Of a stretch of 64,000 nt of DNA, positions 1-9,335 are shown in pieces (the stretch's first letter is position 1; each line of letters opens with the position of its first letter). Below the pieces are notes generated by a model, which worked only from the letters and a program-made list of their open reading frames with translations, ran no database searches and was not told the DNA's origin. The DNA is from an uncultured Chloroflexia bacterium. GTDB lineage: Bacteria > Chloroflexota > Limnocylindria > Limnocylindrales > CSP1-4. The position numbers and the translations under genes are program-made. The stretch covers positions 384,001-448,000 of the forward strand of contig CAWFXA010000001.1 in assembly GCA_963819655.1 (NCBI GenBank), written 5' to 3'.

Positions 1-1003
<1,003 letters not shown>

Positions 1004-1050
1004 TCAGGGAGAAGAATACCGCGCGACGCGACGGAGTTGGGCGGGACCCC

Positions 1051-1608
1051 TCAGTAGACGTGGACGGTGACGTTGGTGATGCCGCTCCACGACGGGCAGC
1101 CGCAGATCCTGAAGAAGTCCGGCCGGTAGAGGTCGACGATGCGCCGTTCGAGCTGCGGGCCGTAGTCGTTGACGACACGCTCGATGCAGCCGGCAGCGCC
1201 GCATATGACCACGGTCGTGCCGCGTGGGAGCCGCATCGCCGTGAAGCCCGCGTCGTAGAACGTGGCCTCGCCGGTCAGCGAGTACCTGGCGGGCTTGCGG
1301 TTCGAGCCGGCAACGCCATCCGGCTGGTCGACCGTGGTCCTGCGCGTCGGGCCGGCATCTCCGGGTATACCGGGTTCGAAGATCGTCGTCCCGGCACCGA
1401 AGACGCCCTCCGAGCGATGGGCATCGTCAAGGCCCGCGATCTCGATAGGCGATCGCGAGTCGAGCGCGGGGACCGAGTACGGCTGGAACGCTCCAACGGG
1501 GACCGGCTCCACGGCGCTGGGGACGCGGGAGCCTGCCAGACCCGGCAGCGAGACCAGGGCGAGGGCGGTGCTGATCACCGACCCTACGACCAACCATCTT
1601 GGTCGCAC
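1051..1608 (-). CDS. Secreted RlpA-like double-psi beta-barrel protein
   Basis: N-terminal hydrophobic segment; C-terminal GEATFY..AMRLPRGT..VNDYGP..RIVDL pattern typical of RlpA/DPBB domains. Confidence 0.7.
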   Translation of the reverse strand: MRPRWLVVGSVISTALALVSLPGLAGSRVPSAVEPVPVGAFQPYSVPALDSRSPIEIAGLDDAHRSEGVFGAGTTIFEPGIPGDAGPTRRTTVDQPDGVAGSNRKPARYSLTGEATFYDAGFTAMRLPRGTTVVICGAAGCIERVVNDYGPQLERRIVDLYRPDFFRICGCPSWSGITNVTVHVY

Positions 1609-1680
1609 GATAAGGCGGGAACGATACGCTGCCGGACCCCGATGTGCATAGCCCCGCCCACCACGCGGTGGCCGGCATGA

Positions 1681-3417
1681 TCAGCGGATGACCACCAACT
1701 GGGAGCCCGGACCGCTCTCGGCGACGCCGACGCCGTCGTCCGACCATGCGGCGATCTGGATGCGGCTGCCCTCTCCACTTTCGCCCGGTGGCGTGGCCCA
1801 CGCGAGCCGGCCCGCGCCCATCGAGAAGCCAGGCAGCGCCGATTCCCGGGTCGGCGCGCCGTCGGCGCGTTCGAGGCGGACGTTGGCCTGATCCACGCGA
1901 TACAGCGTCAGCTGGCCGACCTGCGAGTCCGGCGTCTCGGCGACCCAGACCGCGACCCATTCGCCGGCTTCGTCCCAGCGAACGTCGAAATCGCCGGCGG
2001 CCTCATCGGCCGCGAGCCGGGATGCCTTCGATCCGATCGCGTCGAGCGGACCGTCGTCTCTCCAGCGTCGGAGCTCAAGACTCCCGCGTGCCGGCATCCA
2101 TGTCCCATCGGCATCGGAACGGGCAAGCGAGCCATCCCATGCGATCGCGAAGCGGCCGGTCGGGTCGACCACGGGCCGCCACAGGTCGCCCGCATCGGCC
2201 TCGGCGTGCGTCGCCGGATCGATCATGACGGAGACCGGGCGTGCATCATCGGACCCGGGCTGGCTCGGCCGGCTGGCGATGATCTCGTTGCCGGACCACG
2301 ACGCGAAGTACGACGCGCCGTCGTTCGTGACCTTCGCCGCCTGCTCGTCGCCGACGCGCCAGACATGGACGTCCGGACCACCGGAGCCGTCGGCCGGGCG
2401 CGCCGTGAACGCGAACCAGGTCCCATCCGGCGAATACGCGGCCGACTCGCCCACGACGTCGATGCCGCTCGCGATCGCCACCTTCGCGGCGACGGTCGGT
2501 TCGGGTGACACCGTCGGGCTGGCGGATGGCTCGACCGATGGTTCGGTCGCGGCGCTCCGCGTGGGCGCGAGCGAAGCGGTCGCGCTCGACGGACTGGGCG
2601 TCTCCGGCGCGGGCGTCTTGCTCGGTGGGGAAGCAGCCGCTGACGGCTCATCGGTGCCTTCCGGCATCGTGACGACGACGACCTCGTCGCCCGTGGTCTC
2701 GGACTTTGCGATCGCGATGGCCTGACGACGCGTCGGCGACCCGACGATCGTCTTCGTCGCCCGGTTGAAGGCCACGGCATGGTCCTGGCTCGCGAGCAGC
2801 GGCGGACAATCGGCGGCGCCCTTGACCGGGCACACCTCGTCCACCGTCGCGGTGTGGTGGCCGCCCTCGGGCCCCTGATCGATCCACCCCACGGGACCAA
2901 CGCTCCCGACCGCGAACGGTGTGGGTTCCACAGCTGCCGATCCGGGCGTCGCGCTGGCCAACGACGGGCCGTCGCCCGCCGGATCCTCACCCTTCACGCC
3001 ACTGCCGGTATCCGGATAGATCGAGATGCTCCCCGACAGCAGGCTGACGCCCACGACGAGTGCGACGACCGTCAGCCCCGACAAGGCCCCGATCGGCAGC
3101 GCACCCAGGCGCCCACGCCGAAAGCGGGCCCGAGAGGCGACAGGTGACTCGGCCTCGATCGCCGCCGCGGTCCGCGCCCACAGGTCGCGCGGCGGGTCCG
3201 GTCGTTCGTCGCGCAGAGAGCGCAGCGCGAGCCGGTCGTCCTCGTATCCCGTGGCGATCGCCGCACACGCCGGACAACCTGCGACGTGCTCGTCGAGCCA
3301 GCTCGACTCCGCGAGCCCGAGGGGGCCGTCAAGCCGTTCGGCGAGCCGCATCCTGGCGTGGGCATGGGGGTCGGACCACTGATCCTGGCGGCGACGGAGA
3401 CGCGGGAAGCGGCTCAT
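1681..3417 (-). CDS. Zinc-binding anti-sigma factor with TM helix and extracytoplasmic TolB/WD40-like domain
   Basis: HVAGCPAC (HxxxCxxC) motif, one TM segment, Pro/Ser linker, AYSPDGTWFAF propeller-type motif; ATGA overlap with the ECF sigma gene. Confidence 0.8.
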   Translation of the reverse strand: MSRFPRLRRRQDQWSDPHAHARMRLAERLDGPLGLAESSWLDEHVAGCPACAAIATGYEDDRLALRSLRDERPDPPRDLWARTAAAIEAESPVASRARFRRGRLGALPIGALSGLTVVALVVGVSLLSGSISIYPDTGSGVKGEDPAGDGPSLASATPGSAAVEPTPFAVGSVGPVGWIDQGPEGGHHTATVDEVCPVKGAADCPPLLASQDHAVAFNRATKTIVGSPTRRQAIAIAKSETTGDEVVVVTMPEGTDEPSAAASPPSKTPAPETPSPSSATASLAPTRSAATEPSVEPSASPTVSPEPTVAAKVAIASGIDVVGESAAYSPDGTWFAFTARPADGSGGPDVHVWRVGDEQAAKVTNDGASYFASWSGNEIIASRPSQPGSDDARPVSVMIDPATHAEADAGDLWRPVVDPTGRFAIAWDGSLARSDADGTWMPARGSLELRRWRDDGPLDAIGSKASRLAADEAAGDFDVRWDEAGEWVAVWVAETPDSQVGQLTLYRVDQANVRLERADGAPTRESALPGFSMGAGRLAWATPPGESGEGSRIQIAAWSDDGVGVAESGPGSQLVVIR

Positions 3418-4085
3418 CGATCGACCTCGGCCGGACGTCCGGCCTCGCGCGCCGCATCACGCGCCACCTCGGCTGCGGTCTCGGCTTCCCGTTCCGCCGC
3501 GAGCGCCTGGCGCAGCGATTCGCGTGCCCGTGTCAGCAGTGCGCGTGCGGCAACGTGGCTGACCCCGAGCGCGGCAGCGAGCTCGAGCCCGGTCAGATCG
3601 TGGAGCTCGGCGAGTAGCAGCGCGGCGCGCTGGCGTTCCGGGATCCGGGCGAGAGCGCGCTGGAGGTCACCGGACAGCCGCGCATCCATGACGAGGTGCT
3701 CGGCGGATGGCGCCGACCCCTTCGACTCGCCGGTCCACGGCAGGAAGCGGATGATCTTGCGCCGTCGGATCTCATCGAGCGCGACGCGGTGGGCGATCTG
3801 GTACAGCCACGCGCGGGCGTTCTCGGGCTTCTCGAGCGTGTCGTAGTTCTTGTACGCCTTGATGAACGCGTCCTGCGTCATGTCCGCCGCGACCTCCGGG
3901 TCGCGCATCATGCGGAACAGGTAGGCGTAGATCTCGCCGTGGTGCTTCGAGAAGATCTCCTCGACGAAGATCGCGGCCTCGTCGCGATCCCAGACGCCGC
4001 TCATAGGGTTGCCTCGATCGGCCCCGATGACGGTCGGACGGCCGAATGGGTCGCGTAGGTCGGCGGTTGAAGGGTCGAGGACCAC
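3414..4085 (-). CDS. ECF RNA polymerase sigma factor
   Basis: Region 2 (AADMTQDAFIKAY..RAWLYQIAHRVALDEIRR) and region 4 (IPERQRAALLL..ELAAALGVS). Start taken at GTG 4085 (GGAG upstream); ATG 4004 is an alternative. Confidence 0.9.
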   Translation of the reverse strand: MVLDPSTADLRDPFGRPTVIGADRGNPMSGVWDRDEAAIFVEEIFSKHHGEIYAYLFRMMRDPEVAADMTQDAFIKAYKNYDTLEKPENARAWLYQIAHRVALDEIRRRKIIRFLPWTGESKGSAPSAEHLVMDARLSGDLQRALARIPERQRAALLLAELHDLTGLELAAALGVSHVAARALLTRARESLRQALAAEREAETAAEVARDAAREAGRPAEVDR

Positions 4086-4150
4086 GGCGGCTCCGAGCGG
4101 ATGGGATCGACGTGCGCACGGAATGGGCCATGCACGCTCGATGCGCCAGA

Positions 4151-4177
4151 GACGAGGCATCTCCCCCACATGTGACG
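4151..4177 (-). promoter_or_regulatory. Putative ECF-type promoter CGTCACA-N16-CGTC
   Basis: Sense strand CGTCACA tgtgggggagatgcct CGTC upstream of the ECF sigma gene; a similar motif precedes the second sigma gene. Confidence 0.5.
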
Positions 4178-4203
4178 CCCGACGTGCCCGGGCACCGCCC
4201 GAA

Positions 4204-5205
4204 TCAACCCGATCCACCTCCCTCCGGATCGGCGCGGCCAAGGAGTTCCTCCACCGCGTCCTCCGGTGAGACGGGGTTCACAGGCAGGCCGGTTCCCAAC
4301 TCGAGGCCGGCGATCTCGCGCAATCGAGGATGGATCTCCCAGTGCCAGTGGTACGTGCCATCGACCTGCTCGCGCAATGGCGCGGTGTGGAGGACGAGGT
4401 TGTAGGGCGGCCCATCGAGCGCCCCCGCGAGCATACCGAGCACCTGGCGCAGCGCCTCCGAGGTGGCCTTGATGGCGCTCGTATCTGCCCGGCCGAAGTC
4501 GGCATCGTGGCGGCGCGGCACGATCCAGATCTCGAACGGGGAACGCGAGGCGTATGGCGCGAAAGCCACGCTGTCGTGATCCTCCCAGACGAGTCGGTCG
4601 GGTCGCTGCGACTCCTCGCGAACGAGGCGGCAGAACGGGCACTCCCCCTCGCGGATCACGAACCGCGCCGCGCCGCCGAGCTCCTCGGCGATCCGATGTG
4701 GGATCTGGGGCAGGTCGTACAGGTCGAGACACAGGTGGTTGGTCCGTGCCCCCGCCTGCGCGCCCCAGTTCTGCACGACGGTCAGGTACTCGGTCTGCGG
4801 GTCGTCGCGGGCGGCACCCAGCGCGTCGCGCGCGCCAGCGACCAGTCCTTCGATGAGATCCGTGCCGACCGCGTGGAGGGGCCGATGCTCGCCCTCGGGC
4901 GCGATCACGGTCCGCCACGAGCCGGTCGCCCGGGCCTGCGCCAGCGAGACCTGCGCGAGACCGTGGTCACGATCGAGCTCACGGGCCTCGGTGTCCGTGC
5001 CGACGACATGGAATGCGAACTCCTTCAGCACACGCGTCCGCACGCCGTCGCCCGTTGCCGAGCAATTCCCGCAGCCGAACAGACGGTCGTCGACGATTTC
5101 CGCCGCACGCGCGAATCGATCGCGGTGGAAGGCGCGGTCGACGACCGTCGCGACCCACCAGCTCGTGATCGGGTCCTTTCGAAGCTCGAACAGGCCGCTG
5201 GCCAT
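4204..5205 (-). CDS. GalT-like (galactose-1-phosphate uridylyltransferase / HIT superfamily) protein with a variant catalytic motif
   Basis: ELRKDPITSWW, QNWGAQAGA, CPFC, FAPYASRSPFEIWIVP, YHWHWEIHPRL..AGLELGTG..VNPVSPE. The canonical HPHxQ is replaced by HLCLD. Start at ATG 5205. Confidence 0.8.
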   Translation of the reverse strand: MASGLFELRKDPITSWWVATVVDRAFHRDRFARAAEIVDDRLFGCGNCSATGDGVRTRVLKEFAFHVVGTDTEARELDRDHGLAQVSLAQARATGSWRTVIAPEGEHRPLHAVGTDLIEGLVAGARDALGAARDDPQTEYLTVVQNWGAQAGARTNHLCLDLYDLPQIPHRIAEELGGAARFVIREGECPFCRLVREESQRPDRLVWEDHDSVAFAPYASRSPFEIWIVPRRHDADFGRADTSAIKATSEALRQVLGMLAGALDGPPYNLVLHTAPLREQVDGTYHWHWEIHPRLREIAGLELGTGLPVNPVSPEDAVEELLGRADPEGGGSG

Positions 5206-5213
5206 CGGTCGGG

Positions 5214-5945
5214 TCAGGCCTCGACCGTCAGCGGCGCGGCGATCGCCGCAGCGAACGACCGCGCGAAGAACCAGGCGGCCTCCTCGACGGAGTCCGTGGT
5301 CGGCCGGGCGCCGGGTCGTCCGAGCTCGCGCGCGATCGACGTCGAGACACTGCCCGGGATCCCGCACGCGTCGATGAGCGTGAAGTCGTCGAGGTCCACC
5401 GTGATGTTGAGCGCGATGCCGTGGTAGCTCACGCCCCGTTCGACCCGCAGGCCGAGCGCCCCGATCTTGCGCGGCTCGGGGCCGTCGACATCGCACCAGC
5501 AGCCCGGATGGCCATCGCGCCGGGCCGCGGTCACGCCGAGGGATCCGCAGGTCGCGACGAGGGCCGCCTCGAGCGCGCGGACGAAGGGTCGGACCAGCAG
5601 GCCTCGCTCGTGGAGTCGGACGATGGGGTACGCCACGAGCTGACCGGGCCCGTGGTAGGTGACCTCGCCGCCGCGCTCGATCCGTTCGACCGGGATGCCC
5701 TTCGCTTGGAGTTCGTCGGCCGTCGCGAGGATGTGGGCCGGATCCGAATTCTTGCCGAGAGTCAGGACCGCAGGATGCTCCAGCAGGAGGAGCTGGTCCT
5801 CGATGCGGCCTGCCGCTCGCTCGTCGACGAGCCGCTTCTGGAGGTCGTGCGCCTCGCGATAGGCGACCCGACCGAGCCACCGGGCGTGCAACGGCGCGGG
5901 CTCGCCGAGCGTGCCCGAGAACGGTTCTGTGAGGGTCGCCTCCAC
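5214..5945 (-). CDS. lipB: Lipoyl(octanoyl) transferase
   Basis: LLLEHPAVLTLG, RGGEVTYHGPGQLVAYPI, KIGALG, SYHGIALN motifs; GTG start 6 nt after a TATCGT -10 box. Confidence 0.95.
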   Translation of the reverse strand: MEATLTEPFSGTLGEPAPLHARWLGRVAYREAHDLQKRLVDERAAGRIEDQLLLLEHPAVLTLGKNSDPAHILATADELQAKGIPVERIERGGEVTYHGPGQLVAYPIVRLHERGLLVRPFVRALEAALVATCGSLGVTAARRDGHPGCWCDVDGPEPRKIGALGLRVERGVSYHGIALNITVDLDDFTLIDACGIPGSVSTSIARELGRPGARPTTDSVEEAAWFFARSFAAAIAAPLTVEA

Positions 5946-6350
5946 GTTCGCACGATAGCAGGGGCGCCAGTTCGGCCCGTTGCAGGGGTCCAGCGGATGG
6001 CCCAACGGTACGGGGTGGCGCGCAGCCGACCGGGTCGCTGCAGATTCGGCCCAGACCGGGTAGCGTTCGCCACGCTCACCGTCACGACACGAAGATCGGG
6101 TCCCTACTGCATGTCTGCGTACTTCGTTCGCCCGCGCTCGTCCATCGCCGATCCCGAGCTCGCCCGAGCTCGCGGTCGTCGATCTGCCAGTCGCCCGGGT
6201 GTACCGGACTCCGCGTCCGCCGCAGGCACTCATCGACGCTATCGCATCGATGCGCCGCCCGGTCGAACCCGAGCTCCCTATCGTCCTCACCCTGGCGCCC
6301 GTTCCCGCTCGCTCGAGGCGCTGACCGCGACTAGGCGGGCGACCGTCCGT

Positions 6351-7349
6351 TCAGGCGACTGGCGGCGCCCCGCTCGTCGATGACGCGCTGACCTGACCTG
6401 TGACCACAAGAAACGCCACGACGGCGACAAGCGCGACGAGCCCGATCACGACCACAAGTCGAATGAAGAGATCGACTCTGCTCCGGGCACCAAGGGTGCC
6501 GCTCTGTTGTTCCTGGTCGATCGGTTCGTCCGATGCGGTGACGTCGGCGGCCTGGTCGGGAACGCTCTCCTCGACATTCGGGACTGCTGGCTGGCTGACG
6601 ACGCCAGGGTCCATCACGCCGACGAGATCGGTGCCCGCGGAGGCTTTGTCGTCGGCCGCCTCCGAACGCGACAACTCTGCGATCGCCTGAGCACGTGCTG
6701 CCGACGCGATCTCTTCGACGCGGGGCGGTTCCGGCAGCTGGCTGGCCAATTGGGCGATCTCGGTCGGCTCCCGTTCGCCGGCCAGACGGCCGACAAAACG
6801 GTCCAATTCGGCCTGGTACTCCTCGACCGCCTGGCTGGCCCCGGAGATCTCGCGCTCAACGAGGGCGTCGTGCTGGGCCAGGTGCCGTTCGAGGTCCTCC
6901 CGGCGTGCGCCGATGCGACTTTCGGTCTCTCGACGGAGTCGCTCGCTTTCGGCAGCTGACCATTCATGGATGTGGCCCACGTCCTCTTCCGCGAGCCGCC
7001 TGAGCTCCTCCGCCTCGGTCGAAGCGCGGATGCGGACCTTTTGGACATGCGCGTCGAGGCTGTCTACTGTCTCTGCGGAGATGCGCCCGCGCTCGCGGTC
7101 GACGGCTTCCTGCATCTGTCGCGCGATCTCGTGGAGGAAGATCGGGACCGTGCCGCCTTCGGGCGCTTCGGTGACATCCTCACCAGGGGGCGAATCGACT
7201 CCGGGCAACTTGAATTGCCCAGGTGCCGACGATGCGGACCCAGACGCCTCGTCCAGCAACTCCGCCGTCTCGACCCCGCCATCAGGCGAGAGGGCGGTCG
7301 CCTCGGCCGCCTCGATCCCCGTTCTGGAGTAATTCGTATCGTGCTGCAT
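6351..7349 (-). CDS. Coiled-coil protein with C-terminal membrane anchor (hypothetical)
   Basis: Acidic N-terminus, long E/R/A-rich heptad region, one hydrophobic segment near the C-terminus; ATG 7349 lies downstream of a sigma70-like promoter. Confidence 0.6.
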   Translation of the reverse strand: MQHDTNYSRTGIEAAEATALSPDGGVETAELLDEASGSASSAPGQFKLPGVDSPPGEDVTEAPEGGTVPIFLHEIARQMQEAVDRERGRISAETVDSLDAHVQKVRIRASTEAEELRRLAEEDVGHIHEWSAAESERLRRETESRIGARREDLERHLAQHDALVEREISGASQAVEEYQAELDRFVGRLAGEREPTEIAQLASQLPEPPRVEEIASAARAQAIAELSRSEAADDKASAGTDLVGVMDPGVVSQPAVPNVEESVPDQAADVTASDEPIDQEQQSGTLGARSRVDLFIRLVVVIGLVALVAVVAFLVVTGQVSASSTSGAPPVA

Positions 7350-7384
7350 CGTGATCCCCGAGATCCCGCACGCGCGCGTCGAGC

Positions 7385-7414
7385 ATCCTAACAATGTGTG
7401 GGGCCAATAGACAA
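7385..7414 (-). promoter_or_regulatory. Putative sigma70 promoter TTGTCT-N18-TAGGAT with extended TG
   Basis: Sense strand TTGTCT attggccccacacattgt TAGGAT about 35 nt upstream of ATG 7349. Confidence 0.4.
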
Positions 7415-7470
7415 CGCCCACGCACAAGTCGCGGTGCGCGAGGGAACCGCGGCCGTTCGCTTGACGGAGA

Positions 7471-8589
7471 CTAGGCGGGCCGCCCTTCCTCGACGGTGTC
7501 GTTGAGTCGGAGGAGCGCGGCCTTCCGCATCCAGGGCTCGTAGACGGCAACACCGGCCTCGAGATGCTTGGCGCTATACATCGCGGCGTCCGCCTGGCGC
7601 AGCAGCGTCTCGGGCGAGCCGATCGACGCCACGTAGGCGATCCCGACCGTCACGGTCAGACGCAGCGTGTGCCCGCCGACCGTCGCCGCGCCGTGGATGG
7701 CGTCCCGGAGTCGTTGCGCGATGGTGATGGCCGTTTCTCGTTCCGGGACCGGCGCCAGGACACAGAACTCATCACCACCGAAGCGAGCAACGATGTCGTC
7801 GGGACGCGTCGCAGACGACAGTCGCTTCGCAACGATGCGCAGGACCTCATCCCCGATCGAGTGACCGAGACCGTCATTGACGTCCTTGAAGCCGTTGAGG
7901 TCGAGGAACAACAGAGCCCACGGTTCGGGAAGCAGGTGGACGCGCTCGAGCTCGATGTCGAGCTGCTCGCGGTTGAGCAGGCCCGTCAGGGTGTCGTGCG
8001 TGGCCCGATATGCCAGCGTCTCCTCGATCCGCTTCTGGTCGGTGATGTCGATCATCACGCCGACCAATCGATGACCCGATCCGTCGGCCTTGCGGATGAC
8101 GCGGATCACGTCGGAGAACCAGCGGTACTGCCCGTTCGCGATGCGGAATCGATACTCGATGCGGATGCTGTTGAGGGCCTTGATGGCAGCGTCCGTCACG
8201 GCCATCGCGCGCTCGCGATCGTCCGGGTGCAGGTGGCGCTCCCAGAACTCGGGCTCCGTGAGCCAGATCTCGGGTGGGTACCCGGTGATGTCCAACGTAC
8301 GGGGCGACACGAAGGTCATCCGATAGTCGTCGCCATCCGCTTCCCACACGATGGCGTCGAGCGAGCCGACCAAGTCGTCGAAACGACTCTTGCCGACCAG
8401 CGGGCGCGAGGACGCGGCGGTGACCTCAGCACGCGCCTCGCCACCTTGCTTGGTCGAATGGCGGGGAGGTTGCGACACGAGGGTGCCGGGGGGACCTGCC
8501 ATCGACCGGATCGTCGCTCGCGTGGTCAGGCGCGGCGCACGGGAACTCGACCGAGTCGACTTCCCGGTTGACGGATCGGGAGTCCTCAT
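7471..8589 (-). CDS. PAS-domain diguanylate cyclase
   Basis: PAS/PAC (HLHPDDRERA, YRFRIANGQYRW), HDTLTGLLNR, DLNGFKDVNDGLGHSIGD, RPDD I-site and ARFGGDEF. Start uncertain (8589 or 8625). Confidence 0.92.
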   Translation of the reverse strand: MRTPDPSTGKSTRSSSRAPRLTTRATIRSMAGPPGTLVSQPPRHSTKQGGEARAEVTAASSRPLVGKSRFDDLVGSLDAIVWEADGDDYRMTFVSPRTLDITGYPPEIWLTEPEFWERHLHPDDRERAMAVTDAAIKALNSIRIEYRFRIANGQYRWFSDVIRVIRKADGSGHRLVGVMIDITDQKRIEETLAYRATHDTLTGLLNREQLDIELERVHLLPEPWALLFLDLNGFKDVNDGLGHSIGDEVLRIVAKRLSSATRPDDIVARFGGDEFCVLAPVPERETAITIAQRLRDAIHGAATVGGHTLRLTVTVGIAYVASIGSPETLLRQADAAMYSAKHLEAGVAVYEPWMRKAALLRLNDTVEEGRPA

Positions 8590-8724
8590 GAGGACGCGGC
8601 CCTGTCGTGCGTTCGCGACATGCATGGATCCCTGGCTGCGAGCGATGGGCGAAGCCTAGGGAAGTCATCCCGGCAAACAACCCACCTATCCGTACCACCC
8701 CGGTCCGGACCGGTGACGGGCATC

Positions 8725-8750
8725 TGCCACAATCCCGCGGCTATCGCGTC
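8725..8750 (+). promoter_or_regulatory. Putative ECF-type promoter TGCCACA-N15-CGTC
   Basis: Ends 9 nt before GTG 8760 of the second ECF sigma; resembles the motif at 4151-4177. Confidence 0.45.
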
Positions 8751-8759
8751 ATCACGGGT

Positions 8760-9335
8760 GTGGAGGGCGAGATCGACCCGTCCAGCGGGCGGCGACCAAC
8801 GATCCGCCCGATCGGCCGCACGACTGTCGCGGACCTTCGGGCCGACTTCGTCATGGCCGCGTATGACGAGCACCAGCGCAAGCTCACGGGCTTCGCGTAC
8901 GCGCTGACGCACGATCCCGACGTCGCCGACGACCTCGTCCAGGAGACGTTCCTCAGGCTAGTCAAGGAGCATGCCGCCGGGCGCGTCCCGGACAACGTTT
9001 CGGCGTGGCTGTTCCGGGTGTGCGCGAATCTCGTCACCAGTCGAGGCCGCCGCGGGGTCGTTGCTCGCCGGTATATCGAGCGTGCGCCGCGCCCGGACGA
9101 CGAGGTGGCTGCCGACGTCGAGTTGTTGCGCAACGAGATGGGTGAAGCGCTCGTCGCCGCGCTGGCGATCCTGACCATCGAAGCCAGGACGGCACTCGTG
9201 ATGGCCGCCAACGGATTCTCGGGGCGCGAGATCGCGGCATCGATCGGCCGGACTGAGCCCGCCACGCGCACGCTGATGTTCCGGGCCCGGGAACGTCTCC
9301 GATCGTTCCTCGTCGCCGAAGGGATGCACGCATGA
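8760..9335 (+). CDS. ECF RNA polymerase sigma factor
   Basis: ADDLVQETFLRL, AWLFRVCANL, GFSGREIAASIGR..RTLMFRARERL; start GTG 8760 inferred (ORF open from 8607). Confidence 0.88.
   Translation: MEGEIDPSSGRRPTIRPIGRTTVADLRADFVMAAYDEHQRKLTGFAYALTHDPDVADDLVQETFLRLVKEHAAGRVPDNVSAWLFRVCANLVTSRGRRGVVARRYIERAPRPDDEVAADVELLRNEMGEALVAALAILTIEARTALVMAANGFSGREIAASIGRTEPATRTLMFRARERLRSFLVAEGMHA

Noticed and set aside
4204-5880. A 558-aa GalT-like protein as given by the ORF track
   Set aside because: The first 225 aa overlap lipB in another frame; homology begins at ATG 5205.
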